Of a stretch of DNA of 36,062 nt, positions 27,917-36,062 are shown one piece after another. The notes beneath the pieces were generated by a model. The model ran no database searches. It was given only the letters and a program-made list of their open reading frames with translations, and was not told where the DNA came from. The translations under genes were made by a program, and so were the position numbers. Every line of letters begins with the position of its first letter. Position 1 is the stretch's first letter. The DNA lies in sequence record DRR378314_737. The stretch is one strand, 5' to 3'.

Positions 27917-27989
27917 CCCCTTGTCCACGCAGGAGCGTGGCGGCGGGTGTGATGCTTCGCCCCGCACAATTCACCATGAGGGGAAAGTC

Positions 27990-30413
27990 ATGAAAACTTC
28001 GATCAGCCTGCGCAAGGCACTCATTCTGACGGCATCGGGCGCCGCCCTTTGCTTCAGCAATGCAGCGATTGCCCAGACAGCAACCGATCAGGACGATACA
28101 AGCATCCAGGATACGGTCGTCATCACCGGTACGCGCGGTGCGCCCCGCACCGCGTTCGATAGCCTCGCGCCGGTAGATGTCATCTCTGAAAAAGCCATTG
28201 ACCTGACAGCATCTGACGAAGTTATGGATACGCTGTCTCAACTTGTGCCGTCTTTCAACGTCAAACGCCTTCCGATGGCTGACGGTCAGGTTTTTGTCCG
28301 TCCGGCCAGCCTGCGCTCACTTTCAGCCGATCACACGTTGGTGCTGATCAACGGCAAGCGTATGCACCGCTCTGCGATGCTTGGCTCCAACGGCGCTCAA
28401 GCGCCAGACCTTGCTCAGATTCCGTCTTACGCCATCAAGCAAATCGAGGTGCTGCGTGACGGTGCTTCGGCTCAGTACGGGTCCGACGCCATTGCGGGTG
28501 TTATCAACATTATCCTCGACGACGAACCCGGTACGAATGCTTTCGCCCAGGCTGGCCAGTATTATGAAGGCGATGGCGAACAATATCGCATCGGCGCCCA
28601 ACAAGGGTTTCAATTCGACAATGGTTTTCTGAACCTTTCTGGTGAATACACAGATGCGCAACCGACATCCCGTTCGCGTCAGCGTGCTGATGCCATCGCC
28701 CTGCAGGAAGCCTTTCCAGACATTAAAGTGCCGAATCCGGTTCAGAACTGGGGTCAGCCAGAACGCCAGGCTTATAGATTCGCGCTGAACGGTGCATACG
28801 AGCTGGCGAACAACGAAGCCTACATATTCAGTACCTACGGCTTCGGTACCGGCGTAACTGACTTCAACTGGAGAAACCCTCTTTCAACCAGCGCGTTCGG
28901 TGATAGCGCGATTGATCCGGACTATGACCTTTCTGAGATTTATCCGGCCGGTTTTACGCCGCGCTTTGGTCAGGACGACAACGACTTTTCATTGACCGGC
29001 GGTTTGCGCAGTGCAGGAGACGGGGCATTTTCGTATGACCTCAGTGCCAGCTATGGCCGGAACCAGATCGAATACTTCATGTACGACTCGATCAACGCTT
29101 CGCTCGGCTCTGCCAGCCCGACCTCCTTCGATATCGGAACGCTGACTCAGACCGAGTTCAACCTGAACGCTGACTTCGTGTACCTTGCCAGCTTGGATTT
29201 CCTGGCCGACGATCTGTCGTTTGCTTTCGGTGCGGAGAATCGCAAGGAAGAATATTCAATTGGTCAGGGTGAGTATGCATCTTTTGCCGTGGGACCGCTC
29301 GCGGCCGAAGGTTTCCCTTCTGGTTCCAACGGTTTCCCCGGCTTCTCGCCAGACCAGTCCGGATCTTCGGATCAGTCCAGCTATGCAGCATATGTGGATC
29401 TGGAAGCCCCGATTACAGACCGGTGGACGGTTGGCGCCGCAGTCCGTTATGAGGATTATTCCGAATTCGGTAGCAGCACGACCGGCAAGCTGTCGACTCG
29501 TTTCGAAGTGACGCCTGGCTTTGCCCTGCGGGCGACTGCGTCCAGCGGATTCCGCGCCCCCACACCAGGGCAGCTCTTCTCGGAGCGAACCTATCAGGGG
29601 CTCGACACCACGACGTTGAATATTTTCACAAGTGGCCGGTTCAGCCCTCAAGGTGCCGTCGCTGAACTGATCAGCCAGCGTGCTGACGTGAACATTCTTC
29701 CGCTCGAACCGGAAGAGTCTGACAACATCACGGCCGGTCTGGCTTGGAATAGCGATTTCGGCATGACCGCGACTGTTGATATTTATCAGATCGACGTCAC
29801 CAACCGTCTGAGCACATCGTCGACCTTTGTTGTCACTGATGAGGAACGTGCGGAGCTTGCCGCTCTAGGCGTTGCGGGCGCGGAAGGGATTACGCGAGTC
29901 AATTTCTTCCAGAATGATTTTGACACGCGCACGAAGGGGCTCGACCTCGTTTTAGCTTATGCCTTCAATGCTGGGCCAGGACAGGTGAATCTGACCGGAG
30001 CTTATAACTATAACAAGACCGAAGTGACCGGTGGCGACTTTGCTGAAAATACAACCTCGGCTGACCGGTTCGAGAAAGGCATTCCGGAGCATACCGCAAA
30101 CCTTCAAGCCAATTACGCATTTGGTAAATGGGATCTCTTTGGCCGGATGCGCTACTATGGGGAATGGCGTGACTATTCGGGCAATTCCACCGGTGACATC
30201 TTCCAGGATTTTGGCGCGATGGTGCTGTTTGATCTCGGCGCGACCTATCAGGTGAACGATAATCTGTCAGTCCGCGTGGGCGCCGAGAACGTTTTCGACC
30301 AATATCCAGACGAAGCGACCTATCAGGCAAGCCGGGGACTAATTTATTCCCGGAACGCCCCCTATGATACCGATGGCGGCCAGTATTACCTCCGCCTCGA
30401 TCTCAGCTTCTGA
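27990..30413 (+). CDS. TonB-dependent receptor without signalling domain
   Basis: ATG 27990 after GAGGGG; signal peptide followed almost directly by DTVVITGTR; IEVLRDGASAQYGSDAIAGVINI; C-terminal F. Confidence 0.95.
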   Translation: MKTSISLRKALILTASGAALCFSNAAIAQTATDQDDTSIQDTVVITGTRGAPRTAFDSLAPVDVISEKAIDLTASDEVMDTLSQLVPSFNVKRLPMADGQVFVRPASLRSLSADHTLVLINGKRMHRSAMLGSNGAQAPDLAQIPSYAIKQIEVLRDGASAQYGSDAIAGVINIILDDEPGTNAFAQAGQYYEGDGEQYRIGAQQGFQFDNGFLNLSGEYTDAQPTSRSRQRADAIALQEAFPDIKVPNPVQNWGQPERQAYRFALNGAYELANNEAYIFSTYGFGTGVTDFNWRNPLSTSAFGDSAIDPDYDLSEIYPAGFTPRFGQDDNDFSLTGGLRSAGDGAFSYDLSASYGRNQIEYFMYDSINASLGSASPTSFDIGTLTQTEFNLNADFVYLASLDFLADDLSFAFGAENRKEEYSIGQGEYASFAVGPLAAEGFPSGSNGFPGFSPDQSGSSDQSSYAAYVDLEAPITDRWTVGAAVRYEDYSEFGSSTTGKLSTRFEVTPGFALRATASSGFRAPTPGQLFSERTYQGLDTTTLNIFTSGRFSPQGAVAELISQRADVNILPLEPEESDNITAGLAWNSDFGMTATVDIYQIDVTNRLSTSSTFVVTDEERAELAALGVAGAEGITRVNFFQNDFDTRTKGLDLVLAYAFNAGPGQVNLTGAYNYNKTEVTGGDFAENTTSADRFEKGIPEHTANLQANYAFGKWDLFGRMRYYGEWRDYSGNSTGDIFQDFGAMVLFDLGATYQVNDNLSVRVGAENVFDQYPDEATYQASRGLIYSRNAPYDTDGGQYYLRLDLSF

Positions 30414-30427
30414 TTCCGGAAAGAGAT

Positions 30428-31726
30428 ATGGACTTTACCAGACGACTGGTCATGAAGGGCGCCGCTGTTGCAGCGGCGTCCTTTACGACAGAAACGGCCT
30501 GTACCGCTGCGCCGGTGCCGGCCTCTGCAGGGGAGCGGACAGTGCAAGATATCGCGAGCGACGAAGCCTTCTGGCGTCCGATTGTGGCGCAATACGACGT
30601 CACGCCGGATGTTGTGAATTTCGAGAACGGATATTGGGGCCTGATGGCAAAACCTGTCTTGGAAGCCTTCGTTCGGAACACTGAAAAAGTGAACCGCCAC
30701 AACTCCTGGTATGCCCGCCGGGACTATTACTCCGACATCCAGCCGATCCATGCGCGCATCGCCGATTTTCTCGGCGCCGGGCAGGATGAGATCGTCTTCA
30801 CCCGCAATGCCACGGAATCGCTGCAGGGCCTTGTCGGCGGTTATAACCGTCTGAAGCCGGGTGATGCGGTGATGTATTCCGACCTGGACTATGATTCCAT
30901 CCAGACGGCGATGGACACCAAGGCCGAAGGGGAAGGGGCGTCGGTCGTCCGCATTGCCATTCCGGAACCAGTGACCTTCGATGGCTTGATCGACACCTAC
31001 CGGCAGGCACTGGAAGCCAATCCGAACGTGCGCCTTCTGTTGCTGACCCATATCAGCCACCGCACCGGCCTGATGGTCCCGGTTCGGGAGATTGTTCAGA
31101 TGGCGCGCGGTTTTAATGTGGACTGTATCGTCGATGCGGCTCATTCTTGGGGCCAGATCGATTTTCGTATGGAAGATCTTGGTGCGGACTTTATCGGTTT
31201 CAACCTTCATAAATGGATCGGTGCGCCGATCGGCGCGGGCTTGATGTACATCCGCCGCGACCGCCTGACGGACATCTCGCCGGACATCTCCGAGCGGCCC
31301 GAAGGTGTCGGCACGATCTACCATCGCATCCATACAGGCACGACGAATTTCGCGACTTTCCTGACGCTGAAAGATGCGCTTGATTTCCATGAGCTTGTCG
31401 GCCCGGCCCGCAAGGCCGCCCGCGTGGCGTATTTGCGCGACCTATGGGCCGAGGAAATGCGAGACGACGACCGGATCGAGATCCTGACACCGCCAGACCG
31501 ACGTCTGCATGCCGCCATTACGTCTTTTCGCTTCAGAGATGTCACAAGTGTCGAGGGCAACAAGGCTATCGTGAAGGCCTTGGTGGACAAGCATCGCATC
31601 TTCACCGTGCATCGTGATGGCGTGGCAAACGGTGCCTGCGTGCGTGTGACGCCGACTCTTTACAATACGCCGGATCAAGCCTTTCAGCTTGTGCGAGCGC
31701 TGCATTCTCTCTTGGCGGAATTCTGA
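30428..31726 (+). CDS. Tat-exported class V PLP enzyme (isopenicillin N epimerase/C-S lyase/PvdN-like fold)
   Basis: TRRLVMK twin-Arg signal; RNATE, VDAAHSWG, FNLHKWIGAP (PLP Lys), HTGT, VRVTP. Confidence 0.88.
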   Translation: MDFTRRLVMKGAAVAAASFTTETACTAAPVPASAGERTVQDIASDEAFWRPIVAQYDVTPDVVNFENGYWGLMAKPVLEAFVRNTEKVNRHNSWYARRDYYSDIQPIHARIADFLGAGQDEIVFTRNATESLQGLVGGYNRLKPGDAVMYSDLDYDSIQTAMDTKAEGEGASVVRIAIPEPVTFDGLIDTYRQALEANPNVRLLLLTHISHRTGLMVPVREIVQMARGFNVDCIVDAAHSWGQIDFRMEDLGADFIGFNLHKWIGAPIGAGLMYIRRDRLTDISPDISERPEGVGTIYHRIHTGTTNFATFLTLKDALDFHELVGPARKAARVAYLRDLWAEEMRDDDRIEILTPPDRRLHAAITSFRFRDVTSVEGNKAIVKALVDKHRIFTVHRDGVANGACVRVTPTLYNTPDQAFQLVRALHSLLAEF

Positions 31727-31795
31727 CATTGCGAACTGTACCCAACTGCAGCATTTGGGTCCCACCGGCACAGGAATGTCTGTTTTAGATGATGA

Positions 31796-31813
31796 TTGTC
31801 ATCTACCTGTCAT
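31796..31813 (+). promoter_or_regulatory. Pho box
   Basis: TTGTCAT-ctac-CTGTCAT, two near-consensus half-sites at 11-bp spacing, 60 bp before the ATG. Confidence 0.7.
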
Positions 31814-31873
31814 CGCCATCGGCTTCTTAGGGGTAACTTCAACGCGGAATGCGAGGACCTCCCTGAGGGACGA

Positions 31874-34561
31874 ATGCGATCGCTCTGCCTGTTCCTGCTG
31901 ACTTGCTCTGCCGCGGTACCATCGGCGGCTGCGCAGACTCATTCCCTGCATCTGCCAGACATGCCACTGGCTGGTGCCATCACATTGCTGGCAGACCAGA
32001 CTGACACTGTCATTATTGCGGAAGCAGCGGATCTGGATGGCCTTAGTTCCAAGTCGCTATCGGGCGACATGTACGTCGAGGAAGCGCTGACAGCATTGTT
32101 GTCCGGCACATCCCTGAGCGTCAGCCAAGATGCAAACGGAGTTTGGATTGTCCGACGCCAACAGCCCGAAAGCTCGACGTCAGAGCGGCCCGCCTATGGT
32201 CTCCGGGCGATCCGTCGTAGCCAGCGGCCTACACAAACCATCGACCTGCCACGCACCTATGATACGGTGATTGTGACTGGCTCTCGGTCTGGATTGGAAG
32301 CTTGGGAAAGTCTGTCGCCGGTTGACGTGTTGACCCAGACAGATTTGGCCGCGCCTGTATCCGATGATCTTGCAGATGTTCTGGCAGGCATCATGCCCAG
32401 CTTTTTTGTGCAACGCCGACCGCTTAGCGATGGTGCCGTATTCGTGCGCCCTTATAGCCTGCGGAATCTGTCAGCCGATCATACACTGATCATGGTCAAC
32501 GGTAAGCGCCGACACCGCTCCGCCATGCTGAATGCTGGCGGATCCCAGTCACCCGACCTGTCGAAGATTCCCACCAATGCCATCCAGCGTGTTGAGATTC
32601 TGCGGGACGGAGCATCGGCGCAATATGGTTCGGACGCGATTGCGGGGGTGATCAACATTATCACTCGCGATGACACGCTGGTTGAAGGCTTCGCGCAATC
32701 TAGCCAGTACTACGAGGGTGATGGAATTCAGCAGCGTATCGGCCTTGGCGGCGGAGCCCGCGAACTAGAAGGCGGCTTCCGGCTCAGCCTCGACTACAGC
32801 GATGCCGCGCCGACTTCTCGTGCCCGCCAGCGTCTCGATGCTGTGCAATATCTTGAAGAACATCCAGATGCAGCTATTGCCAATCCAGTCCAGAAATGGG
32901 GCCAGCCCGAACGGGAGGATTTCCGGGCGTTGCTGGTGGCAGACCAGAATACGAACTTCGGACAGATCTATACCCTCCTCAGTGCGAGCTGGGGGCAAGG
33001 TGTGAGCGACTTCAACTGGCGCAGCCCGGCAACACCAAGCGTCTATGTTTCCAGTTCCACCTTCGGAGACTGGTCGCTGATTGATCTCTATCCGAACGGG
33101 TTCACGCCCCAATTCGGGCAGGAGGAGAATGACCGTGCTGCAATCTTTGGTCTGAAAGGCGCTTTGGCGAGCGGCTTGTCCTACGATATCAGTGCTGCAT
33201 ACGGAGAAAATCAGATCGACTATTTTCTCTATAACACGATCAATTCGTCCATAGGGCCGGATAGTCCGACGCAGTTCGATGCAGGCGGCTTGCGCCAACA
33301 GGAGTTCAATCTGAATGCAGATTTCCAAACCCAGCTCGATACGTCTCTATTCTTCTCCCGACCAATCAATTTGGCCTTTGGCCTTGAAAGCAGACTGGAA
33401 CGCTACACCATCGCTGAAGGCGAGCCTGCCTCATATGAAATTGGCCCGGGCGCCGCAGACGGTTTGACTTCGGGATCAAACGGGTTTCCAGGCTATACCC
33501 TGGACCAGGCCAAAACATATGATCAGTCCAACTGGGCAGCTTATGTCGACGCCGAGACGCGTCCTGATGAAAATGTACAACTGGGTGTCGCTCTGCGTCT
33601 CGAAGAGTTCGATACTTTCGGAAGCACACTGAACGGTAAGCTATCGTATCGTAAAGACTTGCTGGAAGGTTTCGCGCTACGCACCACAGTCTCGACTGGG
33701 TTCAAGGCTCCGACACCGGCGCAACTCTTCTCGGAGCGGACATCGCAGGGGGTCGCTCCAGACACGTTGGACGTTTTCACGAATGGTCGTTTTAGCCCTA
33801 TCGGACCGGTGGCGGAAATTCTAAGCGGGCGGGGAGGTGTGGATATCTCCGCACTGAAGCCCGAAACTTCGGTGAATCTCTCTGCCGGTTTGGTCTTCCG
33901 TCCTATGGACAGGATGATGGCCAGCCTGGATATCTATCAGACAGACGTCCGAGATCGGATTTTTACATCTGAGTTTTATACGTTGGAACCCAATGAGCGT
34001 GCGCGCCTCGCGGCATTGGGTGTGCCGGGTGGGGAAAGCATTACGGAGGTGGGATTCTTTCAGAACAGCTTCGATACGCGAACGTCCGGCGTGGATCTGG
34101 TGATGGATTACGACGCGCAACTGGCAGCAGGTGACTTAACCCTCGGCCTATCATTCAATTACAACAACACCTATGTGCTGAACTCCAGCTTTGTCCAAAA
34201 TCCCTCGCGAGTAGACCGGTTCGAGCGGCTCTATCCACGTTTCTCCACCCATGCCTCAGCAGAGTTCAGACGCGGAACTTGGTCATTCGATGCCAGACTC
34301 AAATGGATCGGTCCCTGGGTGGATTTTACCGATCAAAATGCAGATTTGATTCAGGAGTTCGGTTCGGAAGTTTTCGTCGATGTCAGTGTGTCGGCTGAGC
34401 TCAGTGACAATTTCACTGTGCGCTTCGGCGTGGAGAACTTATTCAATCAGTATCCGGATGAGGCCGTTCTGGAGGTCAGCAAGGGGCTGATTTATTCCCG
34501 CAACGCCCCCTACGATACTGATGGAGGTCAATACTATGTTCGGCTAACGTCACGCTTTTGA
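31874..34561 (+). CDS. TonB-dependent transducer with N-terminal STN-like signalling domain; paralog of 27990-30413
   Basis: ATG 31874 after GAGGGA; LPDMPLAGAITLLADQT...SLSGDMYVEEALTALLSGTSL extension before DTVIVTGSR. Confidence 0.93.
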   Translation: MRSLCLFLLTCSAAVPSAAAQTHSLHLPDMPLAGAITLLADQTDTVIIAEAADLDGLSSKSLSGDMYVEEALTALLSGTSLSVSQDANGVWIVRRQQPESSTSERPAYGLRAIRRSQRPTQTIDLPRTYDTVIVTGSRSGLEAWESLSPVDVLTQTDLAAPVSDDLADVLAGIMPSFFVQRRPLSDGAVFVRPYSLRNLSADHTLIMVNGKRRHRSAMLNAGGSQSPDLSKIPTNAIQRVEILRDGASAQYGSDAIAGVINIITRDDTLVEGFAQSSQYYEGDGIQQRIGLGGGARELEGGFRLSLDYSDAAPTSRARQRLDAVQYLEEHPDAAIANPVQKWGQPEREDFRALLVADQNTNFGQIYTLLSASWGQGVSDFNWRSPATPSVYVSSSTFGDWSLIDLYPNGFTPQFGQEENDRAAIFGLKGALASGLSYDISAAYGENQIDYFLYNTINSSIGPDSPTQFDAGGLRQQEFNLNADFQTQLDTSLFFSRPINLAFGLESRLERYTIAEGEPASYEIGPGAADGLTSGSNGFPGYTLDQAKTYDQSNWAAYVDAETRPDENVQLGVALRLEEFDTFGSTLNGKLSYRKDLLEGFALRTTVSTGFKAPTPAQLFSERTSQGVAPDTLDVFTNGRFSPIGPVAEILSGRGGVDISALKPETSVNLSAGLVFRPMDRMMASLDIYQTDVRDRIFTSEFYTLEPNERARLAALGVPGGESITEVGFFQNSFDTRTSGVDLVMDYDAQLAAGDLTLGLSFNYNNTYVLNSSFVQNPSRVDRFERLYPRFSTHASAEFRRGTWSFDARLKWIGPWVDFTDQNADLIQEFGSEVFVDVSVSAELSDNFTVRFGVENLFNQYPDEAVLEVSKGLIYSRNAPYDTDGGQYYVRLTSRF

Positions 34562-35218
34562 GGTGCTCAATGATAACCGTGAGAGTGCACCTGTGCGAAG
34601 CTGGGGCGCTCGTATCGCCTTACTGTAAGTGTACAGCTGAAATCATGCCAATTTTTGAGACTTCATACTCGAACCAGATCGGGCACATTTGCGCAGGTAG
34701 GGACTGGCGGCACGAAAGCCGTGCAGACTGTATACCGTCATCAGCTTGTTCCACCCAGGCAGGGGGGGACTCATTCGATATGGGGGCTTCAGGGGCACAA
34801 AAGAACGATGTGTCGAGCTGCGAAATACACAAAAAATTCACAAAACAGCTTTTGTGAGGGGGCGTCTTCAAGGCGGCCGCTATCGCGTGCAATCAGAGGG
34901 CGGAGTTTTGGGGTTTTTCCATGCATCAAATTGATCGTGTTCTGCTCTTCTTGCGAAGATCAAATTGCTCAGCTTGGCACCAGCAGAGTATTCTACAAAG
35001 ACTGTGGAATTAAAATCCAAATAAAACAATGGGTTGGGTGGGTGTTCGGCGCTTCTGTGTCTTGAGGGCGCGTGCATTATGTAGAGTGCCTCACTGCAGC
35101 TATCCTGTAAATGGATGCTTTCTTGTAACTCGTGTGACGAGTCCGTGGCAGAGGCTTTGCATACTGTCTGCGGTGCGTTGAGTGATCTGGACATATCGGT
35201 GCGCGCTAACCATCCGGG

Positions 35219-35236
35219 GTGTCATTCGGGTGTTAC
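35219..35236 (+). promoter_or_regulatory. Pho box
   Basis: GTGTCAT-tcgg-GTGTTAC, 11-bp spacing, about 80 bp before the lipoprotein ATG. Confidence 0.55.
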
Positions 35237-35315
35237 ATAAGACGTCTAGAGCCCCTTCAGATCGTCGAATCTACGATCGAATGCATTTTGCAAACCAATT
35301 ATTAGGGGTTGGACA

Positions 35316-36062
35316 ATGAGACTCAAACTAGCCGCGAGTGCCTTGGCGCTTGCTCTCGCAGCCTGTTCGCAGGGCAGCGACATTTCTTCGCCAGGAACGA
35401 CAACCCCAACGACGCCTCCAGGAGGCGGTAGCGATGGCGGCGGTGACGGCGGTTCAGGTTCCGCTGAATGCCCCGCAGCCTTTACTGAAGGCGAAGCTGT
35501 TGCTGGCCTGACCACATGTAATCTGTCCGGCACCTATCTCGCGAATGTTACGCTCGAGAATATTGAGGGGCTGGCCTACCGCATCGACGGTCGGATCGAC
35601 ATCGGCGCTGACACGGGTGCAGACGGCAATCTCGCCGGCGGCCAGGGCGTGACGATGACGATTGATCCTGGCGTCACGCTGTTCGGTGAATCCGGCTCTG
35701 ACTACATCGTCGTTAATCGCGGATCTCAGCTGGTAGCGGATGGTGAACGCGCGGCACCGATCGTCATGACAAGCGCCGACGACCTTGAGCGCCAGGCCGA
35801 TAGCGACGCGTCCAATGATGACGGTGGTGACAACATCTCTGAGTGGGGTGGTCTGGTCATTCTGGGCCAAGCGCCAATCAACCGCTGCCGCGATGCAGCG
35901 ACCCCAGGCACTGTGGATTGTGAAAACCTTGTTGAAGGTGTGACCAATCCTGAAGCCGTTTATGGTGGCGACGACTCCAACGACAATAGCGGCATCCTCC
36001 GTTACTTGCAGGTCCGTTTCGCTGGTTTTGCTATCAACACAGCTGGTAACGAACTGAACGGC
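35316..36062 (+). CDS. surface lipoprotein, beta-helix-type (possibly ElpS-like); runs off window end
   Basis: Not in ORF track. Own translation: MRLKLAASALALALAAC (lipobox), T/P/G linker, TIDPGVTLFG, IVVNRGSQLVADG, EWGGLVILGQAPIN, YGGDDSNDNSGILRYLQVRFAG; open for 249 codons. Confidence 0.88.
   Translation, partial: MRLKLAASALALALAACSQGSDISSPGTTTPTTPPGGGSDGGGDGGSGSAECPAAFTEGEAVAGLTTCNLSGTYLANVTLENIEGLAYRIDGRIDIGADTGADGNLAGGQGVTMTIDPGVTLFGESGSDYIVVNRGSQLVADGERAAPIVMTSADDLERQADSDASNDDGGDNISEWGGLVILGQAPINRCRDAATPGTVDCENLVEGVTNPEAVYGGDDSNDNSGILRYLQVRFAGFAINTAGNELNG

Noticed and set aside
31751-31763. Inverted near-copy of the GGACCAAAATG repeat as the right arm of island 2
   Set aside because: Single inverted imperfect hit inside a coherent gene cluster, no att core nearby; likely chance
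26234-34561. Standard iron-siderophore fecIRA call
   Set aside because: No Fur/Irr box recognised, Pho-like boxes present and no iron ABC/reductase genes; iron control is not excluded without a matrix scan
1-36062. Prophage, conjugation or anti-phage defence genes
   Set aside because: None recognised; cargo is metabolic, transport and regulatory

Overview
Alphaproteobacterial accessory region; protein style and gene content suggest Hyphomonadaceae/Caulobacterales (inference). It starts in the 3' half of a tRNA gene, most likely tRNA-Asp. A perfect 29-bp direct repeat (26-54 and 16480-16508) bounds a ~16.4-kb genomic island. A second island starts right after the distal copy. Each island begins with arm-site-like repeats and only an N-terminal DUF6538-type stub of an integrase, so both look immobilised. 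Island 1 carries (i) an IclR(PcaR/PobR)-boxed peptide/amide-utilisation locus (TonB-dependent receptor, secreted esterase, M20 and two M24 peptidases, MFS) and (ii) an OxyR-like LysR / two small ORFs / nhaA module. Downstream are a TetR-operated glycoside locus (TBDR, GH3, lipoprotein carboxylesterase, GPH symporter) and the most interesting unit: ECF sigma-FecR-TBDR-Tat-exported class V PLP enzyme-paralogous TBDR with a signalling domain. That unit has Pho-box-like sites and a FecI-type promoter, suggesting phosphate-starvation cell-surface signalling with separate sensor and importer receptors. The window ends in a Pho-boxed lipoprotein gene missing from the ORF track. All calls are from motif recognition by eye; no searches were run.
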